Of a stretch of 46,730 nucleotides of DNA, positions 9,920-18,000 are shown piece after piece; position 1 is the stretch's first letter, and each line of letters opens with the position of its first letter. The position numbers were made by a program, and so were the translations under genes. Origin of the DNA: an uncultured Candidatus Saccharibacteria bacterium (GTDB lineage Bacteria > Patescibacteriota > Minisyncoccia > Phycocordibacterales > SBAW01); the NCBI GenBank assembly GCA_964424235.1, contig CAYRHY010000005.1:1-46730 (forward strand), in the 5' to 3' direction. Below the pieces are notes generated by a model. The model saw nothing but the letters and a program-made list of their open reading frames with translations. It searched no databases and was not told where the DNA came from.

Positions 9920-11224
9920 ATGCGACCCTTAAGCGTGCGTACGGTTCTTGTGTGGTGTTTGGTAGCCTGCGCGGTACTTGCACTACCTCTGGGAGTCATC
10001 CGCTTACATGCACAAAGTGTTGATGATCTACAAAACTCTATCGTCGACAGTACAAACAAAATTGACCAGCTCAAGCAAGAAATAGCAAAGCTCCAAACAC
10101 AGCTCAATGCGACGCGTAACCAAAAGCAAACGCTCCAAACAGCTGTCCAAGTGCTCGACCTCAACATTAAAAAAATTACTACGAGCATCTCACTCACTAA
10201 CGCTCAAATTGCGCAAAAAGATACGCAGATAACCAAACTCTCCAAAGGTATCGCTACCACCACCACCAAAATGGGTGATGTGCGCGGTGAGGTAGGGCAC
10301 ACCCTCAGTGCTCTACAGATTCTCGATGACGAACCGGTCGTCATGACACTTCTCTCTGGCGCAACTCTTTCTTCAGTATTTGATCAAATGGCAACACTCG
10401 ATACGGTGCGTGCAGGCCTGCAAGAAAAAATAGCACACTTAGGCAACCTCAAAGACTCTCTAGAGACGAACAAATCAAGCGCAGAAGATAAGCGTCGAGA
10501 GCTTGCACAGCTACAAGAGAATCTCAGTCAACAAAAACAAAGTCTTGCTATTGCTCGCCAGTCTCAAAACGACCTTCTCACTCAAACAAAAAACCAAGAA
10601 TCAAACTACCAAGCACTCATCGCTCAAAAGAAGGCGCAACAGGCAAAATTTGAACAAGATATTCTTAATTTCGAGTCGCAGCTTAACTTAAAAGTAACCC
10701 CTGGCAGTCTCCCACCAGCAGGCTCAGCCGCCCTGCGCTGGCCGCTGGATACCATCATCATCACTCAATACTTCGGCAACACACCGTTTTCAACAGCGAA
10801 CCCACAAGTGTATAACGGCAAAGGGCACACCGGCATCGACTTTGGCGTGCCTCCAGGAACACCAGTCAAAGCTGCCCGCGGGGGAGTAGTGTTAGGTTCG
10901 GGAAATACGGACGCGACCTGCCCCGGTGCGTCCTTTGGCAAATGGGTGTTCATCAAGCATGACAACGGTCTTTCGACACTCTACGCCCACCTCGCCAGTT
11001 ACAATGTTTCAAAAGGCGATAGTGTGGCTACCGGGCAGGTGATCGGCTATAGCGACACTACCGGCTACGCAACAGGGCCGCACTTACACTTTGGCGTCTA
11101 TGCAAGTTCGGGGTCTGAAGTGGCATCGTTCCCTTCAAGTAGTTGCAAAGGGAAGGTCTACACCATGCCAGTGGGAGATGCGAGCGCGTACCTTAACCCG
11201 CTCTCCTATCTTCCTAAAATCTAG
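9920..11224 (+). CDS. Secreted coiled-coil M23 (LytM) peptidase
   Basis: Signal/TM N-terminus and a long Q/K/L-rich coiled coil. Intact HTGIDFG (HxxxD) and GPHLHFGVY (HxH) motifs. Confidence 0.85.
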   Translation: MRPLSVRTVLVWCLVACAVLALPLGVIRLHAQSVDDLQNSIVDSTNKIDQLKQEIAKLQTQLNATRNQKQTLQTAVQVLDLNIKKITTSISLTNAQIAQKDTQITKLSKGIATTTTKMGDVRGEVGHTLSALQILDDEPVVMTLLSGATLSSVFDQMATLDTVRAGLQEKIAHLGNLKDSLETNKSSAEDKRRELAQLQENLSQQKQSLAIARQSQNDLLTQTKNQESNYQALIAQKKAQQAKFEQDILNFESQLNLKVTPGSLPPAGSAALRWPLDTIIITQYFGNTPFSTANPQVYNGKGHTGIDFGVPPGTPVKAARGGVVLGSGNTDATCPGASFGKWVFIKHDNGLSTLYAHLASYNVSKGDSVATGQVIGYSDTTGYATGPHLHFGVYASSGSEVASFPSSSCKGKVYTMPVGDASAYLNPLSYLPKI

Positions 11225-11247
11225 ATATAAGCGATTATTTCGGCATA

Positions 11248-11256
11248 TGGTATACT
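11248..11256 (+). promoter_or_regulatory. Extended -10 element TGgTATACT, 9 nt upstream of the ABC ATPase ATG
   Basis: Read directly from the sequence. No SD lies between it and the ATG at 11266. Confidence 0.45.
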
Positions 11257-11265
11257 GAACCTCTC

Positions 11266-11997
11266 ATGGCAGAGGCTATTAGTGTTCATGGCCTTCGTAA
11301 GGTGTATGCTGCCGGCACGGAGGCTCTCAAGGGCGTATCGCTCTCTATAGAGGAAGGCGACTTTTTTGCGCTGCTGGGCCCTAACGGGGCAGGAAAGACC
11401 ACCCTTATTGGTATTCTCTCGGGCCTGGTTAATAAAACTGATGGGGTGGTAAAAATATTTGATACCTCTATTGATGCGGATGCGCCGAAAGCAAAAACCT
11501 ACATCGGTCTCGTACCCCAAGAATTTAATTTCAATATCTTTGAAAAGGTGATAGATATCGTAGTTACCCAAGCTGGCTACTACGGTATCCCACGCCAAGA
11601 GGCGATCGCTCGCACTGAAGAGTTGCTTAAAGATTTAGGCCTTTGGGAGAAGCGTCATATGCCCTCGCAAACACTCTCGGGTGGTATGAAGCGCCGTCTC
11701 ATGATAGCGCGCGGTCTTGTGCATGCGCCAAAATTACTCATCCTCGACGAACCAACCGCAGGTGTTGATGTTGAAATGCGTTTAGGGATGTGGGAGTTCT
11801 TGCGCAAACTGAACGCCGCTGGCACCACCATTATTCTTACGACCCACTACTTAGATGAAGCCGAGGCGCTCTGTCGCAATGTCGCCATCATCAACAACGG
11901 CAACATCATGGTCAACGAGCCGATGGAAACATTACTTAATCGCCACGGGAAAGAACGTTTAGAGAATGTGTATCTCGAATTAACGCGCCCACAATAA
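11266..11997 (+). CDS. ABC transporter ATP-binding protein
   Basis: Walker A GPNGAGKTT, signature LSGGMKRR, Walker B LLILDEPT. Confidence 0.9.
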   Translation: MAEAISVHGLRKVYAAGTEALKGVSLSIEEGDFFALLGPNGAGKTTLIGILSGLVNKTDGVVKIFDTSIDADAPKAKTYIGLVPQEFNFNIFEKVIDIVVTQAGYYGIPRQEAIARTEELLKDLGLWEKRHMPSQTLSGGMKRRLMIARGLVHAPKLLILDEPTAGVDVEMRLGMWEFLRKLNAAGTTIILTTHYLDEAEALCRNVAIINNGNIMVNEPMETLLNRHGKERLENVYLELTRPQ

Positions 11998-12000
11998 CGT

Positions 12001-12774
12001 ATGACACCACAAAGAATTTGGATAGGGTACTACACGATGCTGCGCGGTGAGTTTATGCGTATTGTTCGCATTTGGTCACAAACGCTTTTACCACCGGTCG
12101 TCACCACCTCGCTGTATTTTGTCGTCTTTGGAAAATTCATCGGCTCGCAATTGGCGCCGGTGCACGGTTTTCACTACATCCAATTCATCGTCCCGGGCCT
12201 CATAATGATGTCGGTCATCACGAGCTCCTACATGAACACCGTCTCGACGTTTTATTTCTCAAAATGGACACGCACACTCGATGAAATTTTAGTCTCTCCG
12301 ATGCCGGGCTGGGTTGTCATCGCGGGGTTTGTCAGCGGGGGAGTACTGCGTGGACTCTTGGTGGGAATTCTTGTCCTCATTGTCTCGCTTTTCTTTACGC
12401 ATGTAGCGATCTTCAATGTCTTGGTCCTTTTGTTGGCGGTGGTGCTCACTTCAGTACTCTTCTCACTCGGCGGTCTAATCAACGGTGTCTTTGCGAAAGG
12501 GTTCGATGGTATCTCTATTGTGCCCACCTTCGTCCTCACCCCGCTTACCTACCTGGGCGGTGTGTTCTACTCAATCGCACAATTCTCCCCATTTTGGCAA
12601 AAGGTATCCCTCTTTAACCCAATCCTCTACATGGTGAATGCATTTCGCTACGGCTTTTTAGGTATCACCGACATCAACCTCGTCGTGTGCTTTGGCGTGC
12701 TCATTGCCTTCTTGGTTCTCTTTGTTGGCATTTTGCTCTATCTCTTCCGCCGTGGTATTGGCGTGCGAAACTAA
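12001..12774 (+). CDS. ABC-2 type transporter permease
   Basis: About 6 TM segments; immediately follows the ATPase gene. Confidence 0.75.
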   Translation: MTPQRIWIGYYTMLRGEFMRIVRIWSQTLLPPVVTTSLYFVVFGKFIGSQLAPVHGFHYIQFIVPGLIMMSVITSSYMNTVSTFYFSKWTRTLDEILVSPMPGWVVIAGFVSGGVLRGLLVGILVLIVSLFFTHVAIFNVLVLLLAVVLTSVLFSLGGLINGVFAKGFDGISIVPTFVLTPLTYLGGVFYSIAQFSPFWQKVSLFNPILYMVNAFRYGFLGITDINLVVCFGVLIAFLVLFVGILLYLFRRGIGVRN

Positions 12775-12780
12775 CTGCCT

Positions 12781-12969
12781 TTAGCGATATTCCTGCAGCT
12801 GATAGGGAAACGTCGTCTTCATGACGAGGTGTAATTTATTTGCCCGTATAGTGGGGTGTGCACGACGCACATGATTAAACAGTTGCACCTTATTCATAAA
12901 TGGATTCTCACTGCGGCCCCATGCTTGATGGCCGCACTCTCGGCACGTGATCAAGACTTTCATGCGCAC
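12781..12969 (-). CDS. Small hypothetical protein with a C2H2-like Cys2-His2 pattern
   Basis: CRECGH...LFNHVRRAH (CxxC-X20-HxxxxH). Same strand as the 219-aa gene and 47 nt downstream of it. Confidence 0.4.
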   Translation of the reverse strand: MRMKVLITCRECGHQAWGRSENPFMNKVQLFNHVRRAHPTIRANKLHLVMKTTFPYQLQEYR

Positions 12970-13016
12970 ACTGTACCGTTGAAGTAGTGATGCGTATATG
13001 AATCATTAAAAATTAA

Positions 13017-13676
13017 TTAGGAAGGATTATTTTTTGGCCGTTGCCACTCAACATGGTCGAGTAATTGTATTTCTATTTTTGAAACATGTCGCAGTGATCG
13101 TGTTACAGATTTTGGAAAAGCAGGGAAGTGCGGCGACACATCGAGGTCATATGCAACAGCCTCCAGACTCTCCCCTGACATCACCCAAAATGAAGGGTCG
13201 TACCGGCGCAGATCAAATGGTTTGGAATAGGCGCGCATACTCTTGCGCCCATCGTGCATATAATATTCGTGGAAATATGACATCGCGAGTTCACGCACAG
13301 TCTTATAGATTGGATCGCGCCAACGCAGAATGCCATGATTGGTTTTACTTATCGCGCCCCATAATCCGTGCTGTTTAAACAGTGCAACAACATGGTCTTC
13401 ATCTTCTGCGATTGTTTGTACATCCAAGAGCAACGGTACCCCGCCATGATAGGCGAGGGAAGCGGCAGCAAATAGCGCACCCTCGATACACTGTGCAGTT
13501 TGCTGTTCGATTACTCGTTTAGTGGAAAGCAAGTCCCCTGTCGGGTCAAAATTTATTGAGAGGGTATCAAGGTAGTCTTGAATCTTATGCGGGGTATTGA
13601 GCTTTTTTAAAACCCCACTGACCGTGGGGGAGAGCGTAGTGCGTAACTTTTTTGTATATGCCGGTATGTCTCCCAT
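13017..13676 (-). CDS. Hypothetical protein, possible transglutaminase/papain-like Cys-His fold
   Basis: AQCIEGALFAAASLAYHGGVPLL ... DHVVALFKQHGLWGAISKTN resembles a transglutaminase-core Cys...His arrangement. This is inference only. Confidence 0.6.
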   Translation of the reverse strand: MGDIPAYTKKLRTTLSPTVSGVLKKLNTPHKIQDYLDTLSINFDPTGDLLSTKRVIEQQTAQCIEGALFAAASLAYHGGVPLLLDVQTIAEDEDHVVALFKQHGLWGAISKTNHGILRWRDPIYKTVRELAMSYFHEYYMHDGRKSMRAYSKPFDLRRYDPSFWVMSGESLEAVAYDLDVSPHFPAFPKSVTRSLRHVSKIEIQLLDHVEWQRPKNNPS

Positions 13677-13682
13677 GCCCGT

Positions 13683-13691
13683 ATTGTAGCA
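13683..13691 (-). promoter_or_regulatory. Extended -10 element TGcTACAAT, 6 nt upstream of the ATG at 13676
   Basis: Reverse complement of attgtagca. The spacing implies a leaderless transcript. Confidence 0.45.
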
Positions 13692-13703
13692 CGGCTCGAG
13701 TGA

Positions 13704-13739
13704 CTATACGTCGCACAATATATCTTTTGCGACGTATAG
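13704..13739. repeat. Perfect 12-bp inverted repeat in a divergent promoter region
   Basis: CTATACGTCGCA (13704-13715) and TGCGACGTATAG (13728-13739), with a 12-nt AT-rich spacer. Confidence 0.8.
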
Positions 13740-13757
13740 CTACAGGGAAACCCAAGC

Positions 13758-13763
13758 TATACT
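13758..13763 (+). promoter_or_regulatory. -10 element TATACT, 6 nt upstream of the DoxX ATG
   Basis: TATACTGAAC is identical to the box upstream of the ABC ATPase gene. Confidence 0.4.
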
Positions 13764-13769
13764 GAACGT

Positions 13770-14159
13770 ATGCAAACTGCGTCGCGCGTCCTCGCCCCTA
13801 TCCTCGGCCGTATTCTTTTGGGCGGTTATTTTTTGTGGCGCGGGATCGAACACGCACTCAACTTCCCTCTGGTCGCTGAGGAATTTACGCGCGGCGGCGT
13901 GCCGTACGCCAGCATACTTACGATCATCATGATTATGATCGAGGTCTGCGGCAGCATACTACTTATTGTTGATTCATATGTCGCGGTTGTGGCCCTTGTA
14001 CTGATCACCTTTGATGTGCTGCTCCTGAGCATAGCCTTCGCCATTACAGCGCCATCAGTCAATACACTCACGACTCACATAGCACTACTGGGCGGTTTGC
14101 TTCTGCTCGTAAACTACGAGCCGCAAACCGCCCAGCGTACACGTACCGCGCACCGATAA
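13770..14159 (+). CDS. DoxX-family membrane protein
   Basis: Four TM helices; RILLGGYFLWRGIEH N-terminus typical of DoxX. Confidence 0.65.
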   Translation: MQTASRVLAPILGRILLGGYFLWRGIEHALNFPLVAEEFTRGGVPYASILTIIMIMIEVCGSILLIVDSYVAVVALVLITFDVLLLSIAFAITAPSVNTLTTHIALLGGLLLLVNYEPQTAQRTRTAHR

Positions 14160-14162
14160 TTT

Positions 14163-14624
14163 TTATTTAAGAGTTATTGCTGAAGCAATCTTTGCAACGG
14201 GACCGTAGGTAAGTTGAGTACCGTCTTTATTCCAGCAGTATGAGGATGAGATCCAAGGCGCCGTGCCTTCATGCTCATAGAGGTATCGGCCGTAGGCCAT
14301 GTTACCTTCGATGGTATGAATATCGTAACCAAGGGCTTTTGAGGCCTCCAGGTGGTAGCGCTCGTTAATTTGCATCACCCCAACGTCGAGATGGTTTTGC
14401 TCACCACGGAAGACGGATCCATCATTATCGAACTGACGATAATGAGATTCGCACCCTGCGATGGCTACCATGATCGGCGCGTCAGCGAAGTACTTCTGTA
14501 CCTGCTCCTTAACCGTATACACGGTAGGAAGTGGGACTGGCGCTGAGACTTTAGCGGGCTGAACAGCCGGAGCTAAAGCAGTGAGTGCAATTGCGAGAGC
14601 ACCAGAAGCTATGGGTAAGGTCAT
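14163..14624 (-). CDS. Secreted lysozyme-like / lytic transglycosylase (SLT) domain protein
   Basis: Signal peptide, then AIAGCESHYRQF ... GVMQINERYH (catalytic ES plus the GxMQI motif). Confidence 0.7.
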   Translation of the reverse strand: MTLPIASGALAIALTALAPAVQPAKVSAPVPLPTVYTVKEQVQKYFADAPIMVAIAGCESHYRQFDNDGSVFRGEQNHLDVGVMQINERYHLEASKALGYDIHTIEGNMAYGRYLYEHEGTAPWISSSYCWNKDGTQLTYGPVAKIASAITLK

Positions 14625-14683
14625 TGGTTTTTTACTAGTTATAAAAGCCCAAACGTACCCTTATGAGTCTCAGGCCGAGGCCT

Positions 14684-14717
14684 AAAACAAAAAAGGCCTC
14701 CGGGGGAACCCCGAAGG
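14684..14717 (-). terminator. Rho-independent terminator between a promoter-like element and the SLT gene
   Basis: Minus strand reads CCTTCGGGG-ttc-CCCCGGAGG, followed by CCTTTTTTGTTTT. Confidence 0.65.
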
Positions 14718-14856
14718 TAGTACTATGGTAGCCCGTTTTAAGAAGGCGGGTCAATAGGGGGGTATTGACAGAATACACAACTTCCCTACCTCCCCCTGTG
14801 GACATCGTCTTGACGAGAAAATAGCCTTATATAGCAACACATTTTAGCTATGCTAA
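14718..14856 (-). promoter_or_regulatory. Candidate structured leader or sRNA unit with its own promoter
   Basis: TTAGCA (14856-14851), N17, TGcTATATA (-10 at 14833-14828). About 135 nt of G/C-run-rich RNA follows, ending in the 14684-14717 terminator. The only ORF inside is 17 codons. Confidence 0.35.
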
Positions 14857-14864
14857 GGCACCAG

Positions 14865-14895
14865 AAAAGGCGAATCCTGCCAAGACTCGCCTTTT
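14865..14895 (-). terminator. Terminator downstream of tRNA-Pro
   Basis: GGCGAgTC-loop-GAtTCGCC followed by TTTTCT on the minus strand; flanked by A/T tracts on both sides. Confidence 0.55.
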
Positions 14896-14914
14896 CTATA
14901 ACGTGTGGTGTTTG

Positions 14915-14985
14915 TCGGGCTGCCGGGAATCGAACCCGGTCTACATCCACCCCATGGACGCGTACTACCGGTATACTACAACCCG
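14915..14985 (-). tRNA. tRNA-Pro (anticodon GGG)
   Basis: Folded by hand. Acceptor CGGGTTG/CAGCCCG, D arm GTAT/GTAC, anticodon arm CGTCC-AUGGGGU-GGATG, T arm CCGGG-TTCGATT-CCCGG. CCA is not encoded. Confidence 0.85.
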
Positions 14986-15003
14986 CCTTTCCAGCGGATT
15001 TTA

Positions 15004-15603
15004 CTAAGAAAGCCAAGGGATCGCGAATTCTGCGAACTCTGGCAGGAGCTTTTTGTCATACAGGAGGCGGGATATGACTTCAGCGTGGCTTTTAGCCCCC
15101 GTTAGCGCATTATGAGGCTTGGGCTCCTGTGGGATGCCGCAATAATTGAGCACGGCGTCGAGGTTAAGCGCCGAGTGCTTTTTGGTGGAATCAAACGGGG
15201 GAGTCACTCCCCTTTTAATCATATGCATGTAGCACAAGGTGTGCGTATCGATGGTACGGTGGGCAAATTTCCACTCGGTGTGCCCTGCCCTGCGGGCCGC
15301 CGCCTGGAGGAAATCGCGGTCAAAGGACACGTTTTGGCCGGCAAAGGTGGTGTCGTCGGCCAAGTCGGCAAATTGGATGAATTTGTGGACCAAATCTGCC
15401 TCAGACTGCTTGCTGGGGTCGGTAATTTGGGCATCGGACATACCGTGGACAGCCGTCGCCCCAGCCTCAATATGGGCCCCTTCCCAAATGCGGCACTCCT
15501 CGTATATTTGGCGCTCCGGATGGCTAAGATCGAGCGCCCCTATGCTAATAATCGAGCACTTTTGGTAATCGACGCCGCTGGCTTCTATATCTATAACGAG
15601 CAT
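15004..15603 (-). CDS. DEDD-family 3'-5' exonuclease (DnaQ/RNase T-like)
   Basis: Exo I VIDIEASG, Exo II FAGQNVSFDRDFL, Exo III-like HNALTGAKSH. Confidence 0.75.
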   Translation of the reverse strand: MLVIDIEASGVDYQKCSIISIGALDLSHPERQIYEECRIWEGAHIEAGATAVHGMSDAQITDPSKQSEADLVHKFIQFADLADDTTFAGQNVSFDRDFLQAAARRAGHTEWKFAHRTIDTHTLCYMHMIKRGVTPPFDSTKKHSALNLDAVLNYCGIPQEPKPHNALTGAKSHAEVISRLLYDKKLLPEFAEFAIPWLS

Positions 15604-15615
15604 GATACCTACAGC

Positions 15616-15645
15616 TTGCCTTAAAACCCTCTTTTGTGCTAGTAT
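15616..15645 (+). promoter_or_regulatory. rpmA promoter
   Basis: TTGCCT, N18, TGcTAGTAT; the -10 ends 9 nt before the ATG. Confidence 0.45.
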
Positions 15646-15654
15646 GGCCCCTGT

Positions 15655-15936
15655 ATGGCATCAAAGAAAGCCGGCGGAACAGCGAAAAACCTGACCGATT
15701 CAAACGCACAGTATTTGGGTGTGAAGCTTTTTGCTGGCCAAAAGGCAGCAAGGGGTAATATTATCGTGCGCCAGCGCGGTACCCGCATGCTCCCAGGCCT
15801 CAATGCAGGCCTCGGCAAGGACCACACCATCTTTGCTCTTATTGACGGCATCGTCTCCTTCCGCAATGTCCGCAAGAATAACTTCAACGGCACCTCGACC
15901 ACGCGCTCGGCCGTAGACGTTACTCCAGCAAACTAA
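15655..15936 (+). CDS. rpmA: 50S ribosomal protein L27
   Basis: [12 protein letters not shown]...LGVKLFAGQ...IIVRQRGT...[15 protein letters not shown]. Confidence 0.9.
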   Translation: MASKKAGGTAKNLTDSNAQYLGVKLFAGQKAARGNIIVRQRGTRMLPGLNAGLGKDHTIFALIDGIVSFRNVRKNNFNGTSTTRSAVDVTPAN

Positions 15937-15952
15937 ACCACTCTCACATAAC

Positions 15953-15979
15953 AAAACCCCCGCCTTGGGCGGGGGTTTT
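15953..15979. terminator. Bidirectional terminator shared by rpmA and the KGG gene
   Basis: AAAA-CCCCCGCC-ttg-GGCGGGGG-TTTT. Confidence 0.75.
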
Positions 15980-15992
15980 GTGTTAGATGCCG

Positions 15993-16166
15993 TTAGTGCG
16001 AAGCCTGACCGCCTTTGCGGCCTGCCGCTCGAGCTTTCTCGCGATCGTTAGCGAAGTTGCCTGGATTGTTTTCCTTTCCTTGGCTGTGTCCGCCTTTGGA
16101 GGCTATCTCTCGCTGTTTCTTTTCATCCATTACAGCGAAACCTCGCTTGCTCTTGCCTTCTGCCAT
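15993..16166 (-). CDS. KGG-repeat general stress protein (YciG-like), 57 aa
   Basis: Translated by hand: MAEGKSKRGFAVMDEKKQREIASKGGHSQGKENNPGNFANDREKARAAGRKGGQASH. Below the 60-aa cutoff, so absent from the ORF track. Two KGG motifs and NFANDREKA, as in E. coli YciG. Confidence 0.75.
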   Translation of the reverse strand: MAEGKSKRGFAVMDEKKQREIASKGGHSQGKENNPGNFANDREKARAAGRKGGQASH

Positions 16167-16240
16167 ATAGTGATGGTGCCTTAGGTGCGATTAATCTCGA
16201 CCTGTACATCCATGCTAATAAGTCTGTTATGAACAGTAGG

Positions 16241-16684
16241 TTAAGCGGCAACAACCTCTACCATGAGGGGCACATTGAGCTCTTTGTGCACAAGCTTCAC
16301 CGTGTGCGAACCGGTGGTCTTAATAGCTACCGGCAATACAATCGTTGACTCCGCAATCTCCAGCGAGTGCTGGCCTCGGATTGCCTTGGCGATATCCTTT
16401 TGAGCGATTGCTTTAAAGAGGCCACCTTTTTCGGTCGCGCGTGCCGAAAGCGTTACCGACTTCTCGCGCAGCATCTGGAGTTTATGCATGAGCTGCTCCT
16501 CCTGCTTTTGGAGCTCTGCTTGATGGGCTGCTTTTTGCTCCTCAAGCTGTTTAATCTTCTGCTGAGTCGCCGGCTCAGCAGATTTGTTCGGAAAGAGGGC
16601 ATTGATAGCATAGCCATCAGCCACCTCTTTTATCTCATGTCGCTGCCCTACCCCGCGCACATCTTTTAGTAGTATGACTTTCAT
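16241..16684 (-). CDS. rplI: 50S ribosomal protein L9
   Basis: MKVILLKDVRGVGQRHEIKEVADGYAINALFP N-terminal domain. Confidence 0.9.
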   Translation of the reverse strand: MKVILLKDVRGVGQRHEIKEVADGYAINALFPNKSAEPATQQKIKQLEEQKAAHQAELQKQEEQLMHKLQMLREKSVTLSARATEKGGLFKAIAQKDIAKAIRGQHSLEIAESTIVLPVAIKTTGSHTVKLVHKELNVPLMVEVVAA

Positions 16685-16713
16685 ACCTACAGTTCTACCA
16701 AATATTTTGGGTT

Positions 16714-17943
16714 TTATCGACCGAGGAGATAGTTGACCGCAGCTTGCACTTGTGGATCTTTGGCGGGGTCGCGGGCGAGTTCGGCAGTAGTGGTTGCTTC
16801 AATATCTGCATGCAGGCCGCCGTCTGAGATAGACGAGCCGTTTGGCGTGAGCCAACGCGCGATAGTGACTTTCAGCTGTGCGCCATTACCGAGATCCATC
16901 AATTCTTGCACTGAGCCCTTACCGAAGCTGCGTGTGCCTACGAGCTTGGCCACATTATTTTGCTGCAGGGCGCCCGAGAGAATTTCAGAGGCCGAAGCTG
17001 AACCCTGGTCGATAAGTATCGCCATCTTAAACTGCGAGTCCTTTGCCAAAACATTACAGCCAAGACCGCGGTGGGTATGCTTCTCCTGTTTCTTGCCGCG
17101 ATAATCTTCGCTCACGATAGGTGCGCCGGTAGGCAGGAAGTAACTTGCCATCTCAACCGCCGCGTCAAGATACCCGCCGGGGTTGCCGCGCAAATCAAGC
17201 AAGAGCTTATGGTCGCCCGACTGCACAAACTCGCGCAACGCCCCACGGAAAAGGTCTGTCGAATTTTCAGAGAAACTGTAGAGACTGATTTTGAAGATAC
17301 CGTTGTCTAACTTTTTAGTCTCGATGATCGGGATATTGATGGTGTCGCGTACGATATCAAACACCAATGGCTTCGTCTCGCCTTGGCGCGCAACCGTAAT
17401 AGTCACCGTAGTGCCAATGGGCCCGCGAATAATTTTCACCGCTTGGTCGGCTACCATGCCCGCCGTGCTTGTGGCACCGATTTTTAGCACAATATCGCCA
17501 GAGTGGATGCCCGCCTTTTGCGAAGGAGAGTCTTTCAGTGGTGCTACGACCACGATATTCCCCTTTGCGTCATTGTCGATCTGCATACCTACTCCACCAA
17601 ACGAGCCCTTGATGTCGTCTTGGAATATTTTTGCCTCCGCTGGTGGGAAGAAGGTGGTGTACGGGTCACCAAAGCTAGCGGTGAGCCCGGCGATAGCACC
17701 ATAGACTTGCTCTTGCTTCGCGGGGAACGTACTGGAGGCGTGTGTGACTACATAGTATTGATTGAGAAGTTGATACGCCTGCCAAAACTGCGACATATCT
17801 ACGTCCGTTGGCTGCACACCACCGAGCGTCTGCGCCTGTGCCCATGAGTGGAGCGAGTGCGATAAACCAAAGTATGCACCAGCACCAAACGCGAATAATA
17901 AACTCCCGAGCACGCCAAGAACTTTTAGACGAGTGTTGAGCAT
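16714..17943 (-). CDS. ctpA: Carboxy-terminal processing protease (S41) with PDZ domain
   Basis: LLLDLRGNPGGYLDAAV, DQGSASASEILSGAL, GTRSFGKGSVQ. Confidence 0.85.
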   Translation of the reverse strand: MLNTRLKVLGVLGSLLFAFGAGAYFGLSHSLHSWAQAQTLGGVQPTDVDMSQFWQAYQLLNQYYVVTHASSTFPAKQEQVYGAIAGLTASFGDPYTTFFPPAEAKIFQDDIKGSFGGVGMQIDNDAKGNIVVVAPLKDSPSQKAGIHSGDIVLKIGATSTAGMVADQAVKIIRGPIGTTVTITVARQGETKPLVFDIVRDTINIPIIETKKLDNGIFKISLYSFSENSTDLFRGALREFVQSGDHKLLLDLRGNPGGYLDAAVEMASYFLPTGAPIVSEDYRGKKQEKHTHRGLGCNVLAKDSQFKMAILIDQGSASASEILSGALQQNNVAKLVGTRSFGKGSVQELMDLGNGAQLKVTIARWLTPNGSSISDGGLHADIEATTTAELARDPAKDPQVQAAVNYLLGR

Positions 17944-17953
17944 AATCCTCAGT

Positions 17954-17994
17954 AGTATAGCACATCAATGCGCGTGTATATTCGATGCTATACT
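17954..17994. promoter_or_regulatory. Divergent pair of TGcTATACT extended -10 elements (ctpA and corA)
   Basis: Minus-strand copy at 17962-17954, 10 nt before the ctpA ATG. Plus-strand copy at 17986-17994, 6 nt before the ATG at 18001. Confidence 0.5.
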
Positions 17995-18000
17995 ATATGC

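Noticed and set aside
9920-12774. A coiled-coil M23 peptidase followed by an ABC ATPase and permease, considered as a possible FtsEX-EnvC-like module.
   Set aside because: The permease is a 6-TM ABC-2 type without the large FtsX extracellular loop. The ATPase gene has its own promoter-like element. The M23 domain keeps intact catalytic HxxxD/HxH, unlike EnvC. Adjacency alone is not enough.
14786-15016. The 76-aa minus-strand ORF and the 14850/14905 plus-strand ORFs.
   Set aside because: They overlap a well-folding tRNA-Pro gene and its terminator.
15987-16184. The 65-aa plus-strand hydrophobic ORF in the track.
   Set aside because: The opposite strand encodes a recognisable KGG stress protein that shares the rpmA terminator. 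The plus-strand frame begins inside that terminator region and has no start signals.
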